DNA of 63,913 nt, filler included, from Choristocarpus tenellus KU-1152 (Eukaryota; Protista; Phaeophyceae), in NCBI GenBank assembly GCA_964200185.2. It is 9 parts of 9 records of this genome, joined end to end, with 100 filler letters (N's around TTAATTAATTAA, not from the genome) between each part and the next. Parts side by side here need not be neighbours in the genome. Positions count along the whole stretch, not along the records: positions 21,515 to 29,840 come from CAXNAD020004855.1; positions 29,941 to 43,285 come from CAXNAD020001514.1; 7 more parts are not named here. One strand, written 5' to 3'. Made by a program: the position numbers and the translations under genes. The notes below the pieces were generated by a model. It did not search any database and was not told the DNA's origin. It saw nothing but the letters and a program-made list of their open reading frames with translations. Of the stretch, positions 28,802 through 41,500 are shown one piece after another. Numbering within the stretch: the stretch's first letter is position 1; the number at the start of each line of letters is the position of its first letter.

Positions 28802-29650
28802 TTACCACCGTGCATGCACTGGCTGCAACATGCCCAGAGCCTCAGATAAGGACATCACAAACATTTTGGCCTCGTAGTTGTTAACCCCATACGGGATTAC
28901 CAACTTAGCATGATCAATGCCCTCCCCTCCCCTTTGCTCAACCAACATTCCCATGGCAAACTGTCGTTTCTCACAGTCCCCTTCCTTGGAAGTGCTCTCA
29001 AAACAAAATTCAAAAGATATTCGGGAAAGATTGAAAGGAGGTTGCCCGCTTAGTGTGAAAAACAAGTGGATATTATACAGCCTATAACCATCTGGCTTCC
29101 TGTAGATGTGGTGGGCTATACCCAAGAACTCATCTGAATCTGGCAAATATATTAACTGACCACCATTGAGGTGCACCGCCTCCAGTGAAGGCATTTGTGG
29201 ATGGTTGACTCTCGAGCCAGGCAGTGGCTCAGACTCAATAATGGCGCCATGGATCTTATGCACAGTGGTGGGATTGAGCCAAGTCAGAACAAAATCTCGT
29301 ACTCTGTCCCCAGAACTATACTGGAAGAATGCCTGGTTCTTTCCTGACAATGACCCCATGAGTGGGATCAAACTGGCAGGTTCCACTGAGGCTATCAACC
29401 CAATATTGTCTTTCATTTCCCACACCTCTGGCTTCAGCTTCATCAGGACAGCACGCTGTTTCCTGTGTGCACCCACCCAGCCATTGGTGAGGTCGCACTC
29501 AATACCAATAGGAGGCGACCTCTCATCAGGTCCTTGCTTGAGGCAGTCAGCTCGGAAATGAACCCACCACTCACCACCAAGTTGAAGCAGACGAGTATCT
29601 GACCTTTGACCACTATGTATCTGATTGATATGGAATAGGGGATTCCTCAA
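28802..29650 (-). CDS. Five-bladed beta-propeller glycoenzyme-like protein (GH130/beta-mannosyltransferase-like), possibly partial or degenerate
   Basis: 282-aa ORF with GKNQAFF (resembles EKNWxPF), LNGGQLI, FLGIAH, PPFNLSRISFEFCF, CEKRQFAMGM and IPYGVN, which are typical of this fold class. Recognised by eye only. Confidence 0.5.
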   Translation of the reverse strand: MRNPLFHINQIHSGQRSDTRLLQLGGEWWVHFRADCLKQGPDERSPPIGIECDLTNGWVGAHRKQRAVLMKLKPEVWEMKDNIGLIASVEPASLIPLMGSLSGKNQAFFQYSSGDRVRDFVLTWLNPTTVHKIHGAIIESEPLPGSRVNHPQMPSLEAVHLNGGQLIYLPDSDEFLGIAHHIYRKPDGYRLYNIHLFFTLSGQPPFNLSRISFEFCFESTSKEGDCEKRQFAMGMLVEQRGGEGIDHAKLVIPYGVNNYEAKMFVMSLSEALGMLQPVHARW

Positions 29651-31824
29651 GTGTTACTGAAGGCACATTGTGTACTGTGGCAGTTTTGTGTAGATGGATG
29701 TACGATATGTAGTGTTACAAAACTACAGTGAAGAAATCTAATGAAGAGCAGACCCAAAGTATAGTGGGGGGAGGGGGGGGGGTCTACACCAGGGTGCCCA
29801 TTTGGACCATAACCAGGAAGAGTGCACTTACATTATCCATNNNNNNNNNNNNNNNNNNNNNNNNNNNNNNNNNNNNNNNNNNNNTTAATTAATTAANNNN
29901 NNNNNNNNNNNNNNNNNNNNNNNNNNNNNNNNNNNNNNNNGTATATTTTGACCATAGTGCCCTAGAGGGGGGGAGGGTCAGGCGTCCATTCGCGACCATT
30001 GCAATCTTGCAGTGATTTTGATGTCATTTAAGTGAACACATCAGATGTAAGGGCAATTTCCTTCTTCTGGATGGACCTTCCTTCTCCAACCCCCTGCCTG
30101 GACCAAATCCGAAGGAAATCACCCCCAAAACGGCATCAGACTAGAGTGATTTGCAATAACTCATCAAGACCCGAATGTGGTCTAAACACTTTCCCTCTAG
30201 GATACCATGAACGTTGCAAAATGTTCAAAATGGCCTTCAAACTCAAAAGGGCCAAAATTACCCCTCCTCAGGTACGGTTTACCTCAAAGCGTGGAGCAGC
30301 TTCAAGCATTCCAGTAATATCTCAACGAGGTGGAAACTCCCGGGGTAGTGGGTGCATAAAAGAGGATATGGGGGGCTGCACTGAAGGGGGTGACAGAGTT
30401 ACACTAACTACAACAAACTGTGTCACTGCGGTATAAGTTGTAATGTTTACACCTATTATACATTTTGGATTGGAAACTCCCAGGTAGGGGGGTCTGACAG
30501 ACTCTTCATATTACTTCCCTAATTTTAGACTGCCTTCAAGGTACTGGTCTAGGTGGGCAACTTTATCGCCTAATTTAGTTTGAAGTAGTAATGTGTGATG
30601 CAATGACATTAGATCATCAACAAAGAATGTATGCCTACTCTGTTTTGTATCATTACTTTTTGTTCTATTTCTGTCTCTTCCCTCTCAACAGTTCTGTCCA
30701 AATATCACCAGACATACAATACTACATAGTAATATACTGGAGTATTGACAAATTAGAGGTCGAATTGAACAAAATGGCAAGAGGCAAGACATGTACCAAA
30801 GTTTGAAAAACGTTAAACGAAAACATGTTTTTTCCCCCAACTTAAGGTAACTGACTGGTTATACCTTTTCTGATTGGCTTTGTTGGTCTAGCATGATAGC
30901 TTCAAGTCCGCCAGCTTCATTTGATTTGGATCACAATTGTCGTATCTCTCCAATACATAAAAGTGCCACTAATGTGCTTTCTACCCTCCCCACTTCTATA
31001 CTTTTGAGCAGCACCTGTTTTCAGGTCTGTTTTGCTCATACAATAGGTCATTGTGCTGTGTCTTCGGGGACTCGATAGTCTTGGCTTGGGATATGTGGGG
31101 AATTCATTAGTGGTACAGTATGGTGTCACTGTATGACTCACCTTTCAATTTATTCATATGACTGCAACCTGGGCACCTAACTTCTCAACGCAGAAGCTAG
31201 CTTGCCCAGCAGCTATGCCCAATCTTTGCAGGAGTTATATTTTTGATACCAATACCCATAAATGGAACTTATGAACTAAATCAACCACTGGAAAAACGAG
31301 CTGATGCTTATGAAAATTCTTCCACATCAAGCATTACATTTTTTCTATTGACACATTGTTTCCTGGCGTCACTGCACACAAAGAGTTTATATTTTATTTT
31401 TCCAATGGATAGCAGACCAGTCGCCGAGAGATCCATGTGATTAATATATGCATAAGTAGCGGAATTCCATCCAGTGAATAATTTTTTTATGTTGAATTCA
31501 TTTTGTGGTGGTACATATCATCACGTACATATTAATACAGAACTCAGAAACTAACCTATTGGTAGATCCCTATAGCTGCATATAGCCGGGCTCGCCAACC
31601 CCCGATCAACAACACTTCCAAAAACAAAGCTCTGAAGTTACCTACATACAAATACGATATGAGTGAGAACTTATCAAATAGCAATCATCAGGTCCAAGCC
31701 CCCACATCCTCAGCGCACGGGAGCAAAGTCCGAGGTAAACCCTATCTATTGGCTATTCACAACAGAAGATTCAACCATCTCCAGAGAGTCCAGGATAGTT
31801 GTAGTTGCTCCTTTTGGTGCTAGT

Positions 31825-32172
31825 TCACAACAAAATGCATCTATCCTTTTTTTTTTCTGAGGTGCCAGTGCGTTCAACCTCCTCCCGAAGAATCTTTACC
31901 ATGTGCGTGTAGTACTCCACGTGCCGCGGGTCCCCTGGAAACGCCCTGGCTTCCCTTTCGTAGTACACGGCACCTGCTTCAAGGTCGCCATAAATCTGCC
32001 TTACTTCCAAGCGGAAGGCAACATATTTTTCGTCTGCTTCTTCTGACTGTCCAGCCACCTCTAAGGCCACTCCATACATGTAGTGCCGGATTGGATCAGT
32101 AGTGTTGCGAAACTCTTCGTGCCTCGTTGTGGCATCCTTGATGTCCTCGAACGTCCACAACCTTTGGTCCAT
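31825..32172 (-). CDS. Hypothetical protein (exon), divergent from the Pol I gene
   Basis: 115-aa CpG-rich ORF with protein-like, helical composition, head-to-head with the Pol I start about 380 bp away. The 5' structure is not resolved. Confidence 0.45.
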   Translation of the reverse strand: MDQRLWTFEDIKDATTRHEEFRNTTDPIRHYMYGVALEVAGQSEEADEKYVAFRLEVRQIYGDLEAGAVYYEREARAFPGDPRHVEYYTHMVKILREEVERTGTSEKKKDRCILL

Positions 32173-32554
32173 GCAAGAACATCAGCTCTGGTGGAGAAGG
32201 GGGCATTAACGAATTGTATGCAGAGAACGACTTCCTTTCGTAACTCACCATTATCCCTTAGTTCTTCCTCCAGTTTCATTTAAGGAAAAAATAAACTAAG
32301 ACGACATCATCCGACAAATATGTTGGAAGGCGTTCGTCATTTTGGGTTTGATATTATAATCATTACCATCAATAACACCCCCCTTCCAGATTATCTCACC
32401 ACAACCATCAAAATAGGACCCGGGCTGGTTGCCCAGGGTCGCGCATGATTGGATCGATCTCAACACTCTATCATTAGAGATAGTTTAGCGCTAACTTTGA
32501 GCAGGCTGGATGGTGTAGTAGCCACGCTTTCCGATCAAGTGAAGTAGGAAAACC

Positions 32555-35500
32555 ATGTCACACGACAGGACAGTGATCCGGCATGCAGTACATGAAATCG
32601 AGTTCGGTTTCTTTTCCGACGAGGACATCAGAGGACTCAGCGTGAAGCAAATCACCTCTCCGGTGACGTTCGACTCGCTCAACAATCCTTTACCGGGGTA
32701 AGTCTTGGTAGTGCCCCCCGAACCTTCCTCGTTATCCTCATATCATGTATGCTTGGCACGCAGTGAGCCATGTGGCAGACTTTTCGTAAACTCACATGAT
32801 TATCATACATCGATTCCACAGTCGAGATATATCACGAGCTGAGATCATCCCACGCAAGAATGACCTCAAACTTGCCCGAGTCATTTGGGGCGATGGTGAC
32901 CACATATTCCTTGAGGACTTCCATTAGTACAGGATCAAGGAATTAATTAATCCTGTTTTGTCTTAAAGGCTGGTGACATTTGCGCGCATTATCAATTTGC
33001 TTCTTTAACCTGAAATGTAGTATAATCTCTTAACCTACACATCCCCGATGTTCGTTTCCCTCAGCGGTCTCTACGATCCAGCTTTAGGTCCCACTGAGTA
33101 TCACACAATGTGCGAGACATGTGGACAGGACCAGAAAGAATGTCCAGGTCATATGGGACATGTTGAGGTGAGATTTGGAAAGCACTTCGAAAGTGCTGTT
33201 ACCTCGTCATAATATTGCTTCGTATTACTTTCTCTCCTCACCAATGTATTTTTTTATATCTCGAAAAACGATTGAAGATAAACTTTTTGTGGTCAGGCCC
33301 CAGCCCAAGTTGATACGCACAACAGTATTTCATGCTATTTTGCAAGGGATATCATGTTGAATGACCTGTCATAAATCTTGTGTACACCAAGTCCCCTATC
33401 TGCTTCCTGGTCTACAAAACTTCCTCCAACCTCATTTCCTTCACTTCTTGAATCAGTTAGCTGTGGATGTCTACCATCCCCTTCTCTTTGGTGCCCTGTA
33501 CAAGCTCCTTCGCTCAAAGTGCTTCAGTTGTCACCACCTTCGCCTCTCCAAGGCCAAGGCCCGTTTAGCATCTGTCAAGGTTAGTAAAAATGATACCTTC
33601 CAGGACGTAACAATTATGTCGAGCAGGGTACAGCGGTCTTATGCTAGTGGCCATACTTATCCTAAGAGCATGTTAAAGTGGGAAATACACACTTCATTAT
33701 GTTAGGACAGATAGTCAATATATGTTAATACAGGCGAAAATATGTCAATCTGTAATGTGTAGATACCCTTCTGAGATGACATTTTGTGGAATATGATGAA
33801 ATCGTCCATGATTCCTAATCCTTGACGCACTTGTGCACCAACACACGTCACAGATGATGCTCGTTGATGCGGGTAGAGGCCATGAGGCGAGATCCCTGGA
33901 TGAGGACCTCTTGGGCTACTTGAAAGGAGCGGAATCTGATGCTGATGGAACGGTTGCCAATCCAGTTGCTGCACATACGTATGTCCTTTTAACACCCCCT
34001 GCCTCCCCCATTGTGTGAGCCTTTCTGGAACTGATGCTTTGGTTGTTGCTGTTAGAAAAAGCTAATCTTTTACTTTAAAAGTGTTAGGAAAAGAGTGGAG
34101 GGGTAAGGGGTAAAAAATTCACAATATGATGTGCTATGTATACCAATGCATATTTTAAGAAAGGATGAATTAGTCCATGTGCCTATAGTAGTTTGTCTTC
34201 AACCATTATAGTCAGTAATGGGTGTGTGTAAGACTGTAGCGTTCTCACTCTATGTTTTCCTAGTTGATAAGTTGGTCAACCTAATTTTTTGTGGAATTGG
34301 AAAGTCGATTAAAATCTGTGCCAACCACGACTGGATTCTCTAATCCTAAACTTGGCCTGTCCAAGGTACACTTAAATTTCTTCAGCAATGTCACTGATGG
34401 TTAATGCAGGTTCAGGGAGCATCTTCTTGGCAAGATTGAGCAGGAGCTATATAGTGCACCTAAGTCAGTGTGGTGTGGTGGGCATGATCGAACACTGAGG
34501 TGCAATAAACAAGTAACCTTACACTTGGTCCATTGCTTGTCTTTTTCACCTGCTACACACCCTCCCCCACTTTGCATTGTTCCCTGAGGCTTTGTCAAAA
34601 TGGTTTTGTAGAGTAATTAAATATGATGAGATGTTAATCAGTTGACCCAGACATGAAGCTCTTAGCATCAAGTGGTTGCATAAATAGTGTAAGCCATCTC
34701 TCAGTTACTCCATCAACCAAGATACTTTGTCACCAATCTGTTCTCTCCTTGGTAGACGTGAACTGGCTGAGGGGTTGATCAAGGTAATAGGTGGTATCAA
34801 AAGGTGTGAGAATTGTGGAGCTCATTCTCCTCGAATCCGCAAGGATGGCAGTGACAAGTTCTTTCAGGTAGGAAGTATTTCGACATTCAATTCAACATAT
34901 TTGCTCTTGTCACCTTTCTGTATCACTTTCACAAGGTCATTTTTATCACTCAGAGTGAGGGCAATGTGTATCTTTTTCCTTAGGTGCCAATCCAATAAAT
35001 TACTTTCCGAAAAGGTGACTGGACTGTTTTATTGTACATTTTTGCCAATTGCGTATAGTGATCAGAATTTCTTGTATTGCTTGAAATGAAGTAATGTATC
35101 TCTTTGTCGAGCTATCAAACCAATGGATTACTTTCTTAGAGAGTGACTATGGAGATTTTTTTTTGTACAGTTTGTAAGTTTTGGTGCTGAGTGTACTAAG
35201 TAAGGAAATTTCAGACAAATCATAGTTGATAAAGCTGCAAATTTGTTCAGAGTAACTGGGTATCACAAGTAGGAAAAATTTATGTGTACATATTGTATTT
35301 TGCATATATTGAGAGTAAATGTGCTTCTTTTTTATCACTTCAATGGGTTTTGATGTTAATCCTCCAGAAAGTATATTTCTAACTTACGGCTAAATATATT
35401 TTGCAATGACGAGCCATGAACTGTGTCATACGTCTGAGATGTGTTTCTATGATGTCACAATTTTCATGCTGCCTTCCTTCTGAGCAAAATATAGACAGCT

Positions 35501-38500
35501 ACAAATAATTGTTAGAGTTGCTTTGACTTTGCTAGTAGCTTCTGTATTTATTCCACAAACCTTTTGTAGGCTGTGATGTTGGTAAGTTCATCTCCCATAA
35601 CATACATTGTGTCATGTCTTCTTTCAAGTTCTCTTTTTTCTGATGTTTATGTTGATTTGTTTTGCCAGGTCCCACTTTTGGAAAGATACAGGTCAGCGAA
35701 CAGGGCTTACAATGTTCCCATTACCTCTGCTGTGCATGTGAGAAGAGTGGAAATGGATTGAAGTTTTAAGTTAAAGAGTGAGGAACCTGTAATTGCTGAA
35801 TAGGAGTATAATTTGTGCATTCACAATTAATCACTGTAATTCACTTGAGTATTATCATTGATGACCAAACTATACTTGTCTAGTTCAAAAAACATCCTGT
35901 TGTTGCCGTCGAAAGCGTTGTTGCACGCGGTTTAAACTGTGACCACCAGGGATTGATGGTACATCTTCAAACAAGATCTATACCTGTTCATTCACTTTTT
36001 TTAATAGTTTGGAGAGTCAGGTATTAAAACTTGATAAAAAATGTGAAGGGTTGACTAATTATCTCTTCAGATACATATTTTGTTGTCGACTTTTTTTTTC
36101 AAATTATATAACTGTGGATAATGTGCTGCTGCTCATACTGTAATTGCTGCTCAGGAACAGTATGCTATGGCAAGTGGTGTTGATACTGAAGTTCCTGAAT
36201 GTGATGATTCTGATCCAGAGATGGATGTGGATGAAGAAAATGGGGAGGATCTTGAAAGAGGTGGTGAGGCTGGAGAGGGTATTAATGACGCCAGTGGTGC
36301 TGAGCTTAATAGCAAAGGAGGCAAGGCAGCGCACAAGTTTATGCCGCCAATTGAGGTATGTGAGTGTGTCAAATAAATGAGTGAGAATGCTGTGGACAGC
36401 ACTACTCATGTAGCAGTTTGTTGAGTAAGTTGTTATTTCCCACTTCTCTTCCCCTTACCATAATGCATGCCACCTATAACCTACCTTGATTATTCACAAT
36501 GTGGATGCTTCAGGTATTTTGGAGAGGATGGTGGTTGGAGAAAAATGTGATGGTCTTCAACGAAAAACTGACCACCTTGCTGTGATTTCATGGTTATGAA
36601 TCGTTACGTTCATTTTTTAGTTGGCCCTGTCTGACCACTCCACCTCTCATTCTTTGTTGGTATCCCTGATTATCCAACATCCATTGAGAATAGGTTGAAA
36701 TGCAGATGAAGCTCTTGTGGGCGAAGGAAGAAACACTGCTAAGCCTCTTATTCGGTTCAGCCTTTGCAGGAAAGCTATCAGGAAAAGCTGGGGAGGTTCC
36801 TGGTCCCATTGGAGGTGGGGCTGGCAAGATGGGCTACCGCCTGTTCTTTTTGCGTGCTCTTGGGGTCCCTCCCCCTCGTTTCCGACCGCCAATGACTATG
36901 GGGGACTTTGTAGCAGAGCACCCACAAAATATTTATCTGTCGAAGGTAAGCAGATAAAGACTTATTAAGGTCCTCCTGAGTTAGGTGATCTTCTTGTGAG
37001 CATATTTTTAAAATATTAAAAAAGTTGAAAGCAGTAGGAACTGGCTGCACCAATTAGATACGTAAGTTCCTATCATTTATAGGTATGGGATGATTTCTTT
37101 TTGTGCTGGATACTGTACATATTTGTATGTAGGGTACACTTTAAGAACCAACATTATGATCTATTGACCCACACAACCAGTTATATTATTGCTTATTAAC
37201 TTGTATCAGGGTTAAGAAGGGTGAGACCTCATCACCAGATGAGACTGAACAAACCTTTCTTTCAGTATTAACTCAGAATACCACATCGTTTCTGTGTCCA
37301 TTCAATGTGACTTTGTATCTTATTCTCGCAATTGGTTGAGTATCATCTTGAAATTCAAAGTAGAATGAAGTAGGATGAATCATGATGAATACAGTTCAAT
37401 TGATTAGAGTTTCTGAGAAACTGAATGCAATTCGTTACCTGATGAGAAAGCTCTTGTCTCTTTGGATGTGCCTACTTTGACAATTGAAGGTTAGTCATTT
37501 GTGCATTCTGTCTTGTGAAAATATTTGTAATAGTTTTTTGTAAGTGGATGCTACGAAAGGTACCTTTTTCCCGATCCTCAATTTTATCTTTAATTTACTT
37601 GAAGATAACTATGGCTTAGCAGTCCCTTCAACTCTGTACAATATTCCATGCATTTTTGTGCTCCTGAGAGTGAAGATATCTTTAGTTATCAGCGAAAACA
37701 AACAGATTTTTCTATAGCCAGCGTTAGTTCTCTATGGTATAGATATTTTATTGTTTAAATAGTGGGTGATATCTGTTGCTAATTCTTAAGCCACATTTTT
37801 ACTTGATGTATCATCTCCTGTATCAGCTAGTTTTAACTTGGCATGTGGTAAGGGTCTAGCCTACATACAATTTGACTCTCATTTTGCGTTGTTTTGCCTT
37901 ATATTTCTTGTTTGTTTTGGTCCCATTGTTCTCTGATCTTTAAAGATACTCAGTCTCAACGAAAAAATGAAAAATGCTGAGGAGCTGCATGGAAATGAAC
38001 TTTCTATGTGAGTAGGTGGAGAGTTTTTTTTAGTCCATACTCTACAGTCTCATTTAAAACTATCAAGCTGTTCTGTGGTGCACTGAAAGAGAAGGGTTGG
38101 TAGTTAATGTTTAGGTATTTCTCTAGAACTGTCACATATTTGTTATTACGGTGGTACTATGTACAGACTCCACATTTGTGAAAAAATGCATGATATCAAA
38201 GTACAGATAATGTTAGAGTATGGTGAGTGTTGCTCCTGTCACTTGTTCATGGTAGTCCTGCATGAATATTTTCTGCTTGATCTTTTTGACAGGGCAATTT
38301 CCTGAGTCTACTACTTCTATATACCTCCTGCAGCTGCATATTCTTGTTAGAATGGAGGAACTTGATTAAGTGAATCTGCAAAAGTCTTGAAGTGCATGTA
38401 CTTGTATTTAGCTCAAGTATGTAGATTTCCTCAAACAGAAAAGTGCGGTATACTTAATCAAATATCTTGAGTAACAGATTTTGGATGAATGGTGAACCGA

Positions 38501-41500
38501 GAACTGAAGAGTTTTGCAATGACGAGCCATGAACTGTGTCAATTGACCGAGAAGACCTTCTATGATGATGCAATTATCATGCTGCCTTCCTTCTGAGCAA
38601 AACTCACCTATTCGTGTCCGGTTTACATATCCACAAATGTGATGACTTACAAACACTATTCTATTGTCTTGTACATCGCTCTTTGTATGTGGAGTAAGTT
38701 TGCATTCTGGGTCCAACTTATTGTGCATAGACCAAGTACAGTTACTCGTTTCAACACTTAAAAAATTGAATGTCACTGTATACAATTGAATTGGCCTCCA
38801 GCTTGTTGATCATTAAGAATTGGTAAGGTTTGAAGGGGGGGAAAGAGATAATGTGTTATGTGTATGTACTACGTATGTTGAGGGGTAGGGAAATACTTGA
38901 AGTTTGTAGTTGTACTCGTTTGTTGTATGTGACAAGAGGGTTACTGATAATAAATATATCTCATTCAATACTGTACAGGGTGCTGTCTACATGGGTGGAA
39001 CTCCAGACAACAGTAAATTGCTACATGGATAGCAGCAAGGACCCAAAAGGAACTAATGATACTCCTCCAGGTCTTAGACAGGTGTGAACGTTTTTTTTGG
39101 TTACATCCTCATTAGTTCAAAGATCTTATGATAGTAGCTATCTCCTATTCTTAATTCTAGTTTGTGCTAGTAGTGAGGCTATATATTGATTAATCAATAA
39201 GTTGAACCTAGTTGATCTAGATCAGTATGGTAGGGGTGCTTGTGCTACACTGCACAAATGAACATGGTACAACAGTTTTTTTGTAACTCAAACTGCAGAT
39301 TGCTTATTCTAATGACAGCCTATCTCTATGCAGGTGCTTGAAAAGAAGGAGGGTCTGTTCCGGAAGCACATGATGGGCAAACGTGTTAACTTCTGTTGTC
39401 GATCGGTTATCTCCCCCGATCCGTACTTGGGCACGACAGAGATTGGTATACCATTGAGGTTTGCGAAGACGCTAACCTTTGCCCAGCCAGTGGTATCGTG
39501 GAATGCGGCGGAGATGAGGGGCTTGGTGGAAGCAGGAGCTATACAGTACCCTGGTAAGGCAGGAGGGGGTGCGGTACTCTAGGATGTGTGGATAGGATCA
39601 AGTTATGTATAATACAATGTCTATAATTGTGGTGTCCCATGCATTTTTGCTAAAAATAGTGCTTCAAATTGGTGGCTTGTCACATGTAGAATGGAGCAGA
39701 AAATAAACCTTCCTTTGTCTTGTGTATCTACAGAAGGGTGCATCAGTGCTAGGTCTTCGTTCTGTTAAACAAATCGTTGTAATTAAAGTATGCAACTGGA
39801 GGGTCAATTGTTTAACACAACAATACACATAATTATTCAATGACTATTTGTTTTACAAGTTGTTGGGTAAACATTGCTGAGCTTGGTACTTCAGTCTGCC
39901 CGATGATGAGTCTTTAAAAGCCACCGAGAACCCTTTTGATTTTATGTGGACAAAGACAAGACACCTGTGTTTCTGAGGGTTCTGACCAAGTCAGTTTAAT
40001 TTCATGAGTGAGTCATAGTATGCTTGTTTGTCTGATTTACAACATGGATTTTGTATGAGGATAGCACAATGATGTGAACTTCTAGAAAGTTTCTAGGAGG
40101 GCATTGGCCCTAACCGTTTCCCATTAAAATGGTAGTGTAGGTCATGTTATCAAACATAACCATGCCAGAGCTTTTTTTATCAAACAATTTTCCTGTTTCC
40201 ATGGTTTTTGTGTATCTCAGGGGTCAGCTCTCAAGGGTCAGCCTTAAGCTACTCGCTTCTTTTTGTGACGCCAGTACCTTATGTTCTCACTCCTGGAGCA
40301 TGTGTTGTTCCCTTCCTAAATGTTACATGTGTTTATTTTGGATATGTTCACACTGTGTTCATGTACCCGTGAAATATACTTCTGATTGTGAAAGGTGCTA
40401 ACTATGTTGAGGATGCACAGGGGAGACTCATAGACCTCTCAAGGTTGAGTGATATACGCAGGAGAGGGGTCGCTGCACGGCTCTTGTCAAAGCCTGGTCA
40501 AAAGGTATGACAATATTGTAGCCATCATTCAACCCTGAGCACAGCTCTCCAAAACCGTTGATGTTGGTAAGAGTTTTCTTCTGTTGTTAGTGTTTCATAT
40601 CCATAATTTGAGTCAAGGAAGTAAGAAATAAGTGGTGAGGTGAATGAAGGGCATGATTGTACTAGAAACTCGTTTAACACAATACTGATCTGCCAATCCC
40701 AATTTGTTCTTGAATCTGTAGTTTGTCCTCAAAATCCCTGCAGGTAATTCAGTTGTTTGTCAGGTCACTTCAAGCCACACATTTGAATTTATTCCTAGAG
40801 GTGCTTGTGCTCACCTATCCTATTATTTCAGCATCTACGTTACAATTTATCCACTGCTTAAATGGTCAGCGTCAAACTTTTGTCCTTCATACCTCCTATA
40901 ACAAGGTTTGGCGCCATCTCCATGATGGAGACTGCATGCTGGTGAATCGACAACCTACCCTACACAAGCCAGGCATCATGGCGCACCGTGTGCGGGTGTT
41001 CCGCAACCCAGAATATCAAACAATTCGCATGCACTATGCCAACTGCAATACCTACAATGCAGACTTTGATGGAGACGAGATCAATTGTCATCTTCCACAG
41101 GTATGTTCATAGTGTAGTGTATGTATGGTCTTTGATGTCATACGTAAGGAAAAATATATTTCTGATGTGTTACACTTGATACCATTTTGGAGACACTGCA
41201 GTTCTGTTGTTGAACTTTGTAATTTGTTCACCTTTGTACTATATGTGGTCAAGCACTGCACTCTGCCCTTTTACATGTAGTTTTTGATACATCTTTTTCA
41301 TTGCTCTCTGCCCCATCACGCTTGCCTCCTTTTCAGAATGAGGTAGCACGAGCAGAAGCAAATCTAATTGCTTTTACTGATCAGCAGTACATTGTGCCAA
41401 CAAATGGTAAGCCATTACGAGGTCTTATCCAGGATCATGTGGATGCTGGTGTGAAGCTCTGCTCTAAGGTAAACTAAAAACCCATCGCTGCATCCTGTCC

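Noticed and set aside
36547-36640. GTGATGG...CTGA...CTGA in Pol I intron 8
   Set aside because: The box C is degenerate, and its rRNA-like 12-mer is sense rather than antisense. No guide was found.
37378-37445. Box C/D-like ATGATGA...CTGA...CTGA in Pol I intron 9
   Set aside because: The terminal stem is minimal, there is no clear C' box, and the 5.8S complementarity is only about 9 nt and poorly positioned. It is not supportable without expression data.
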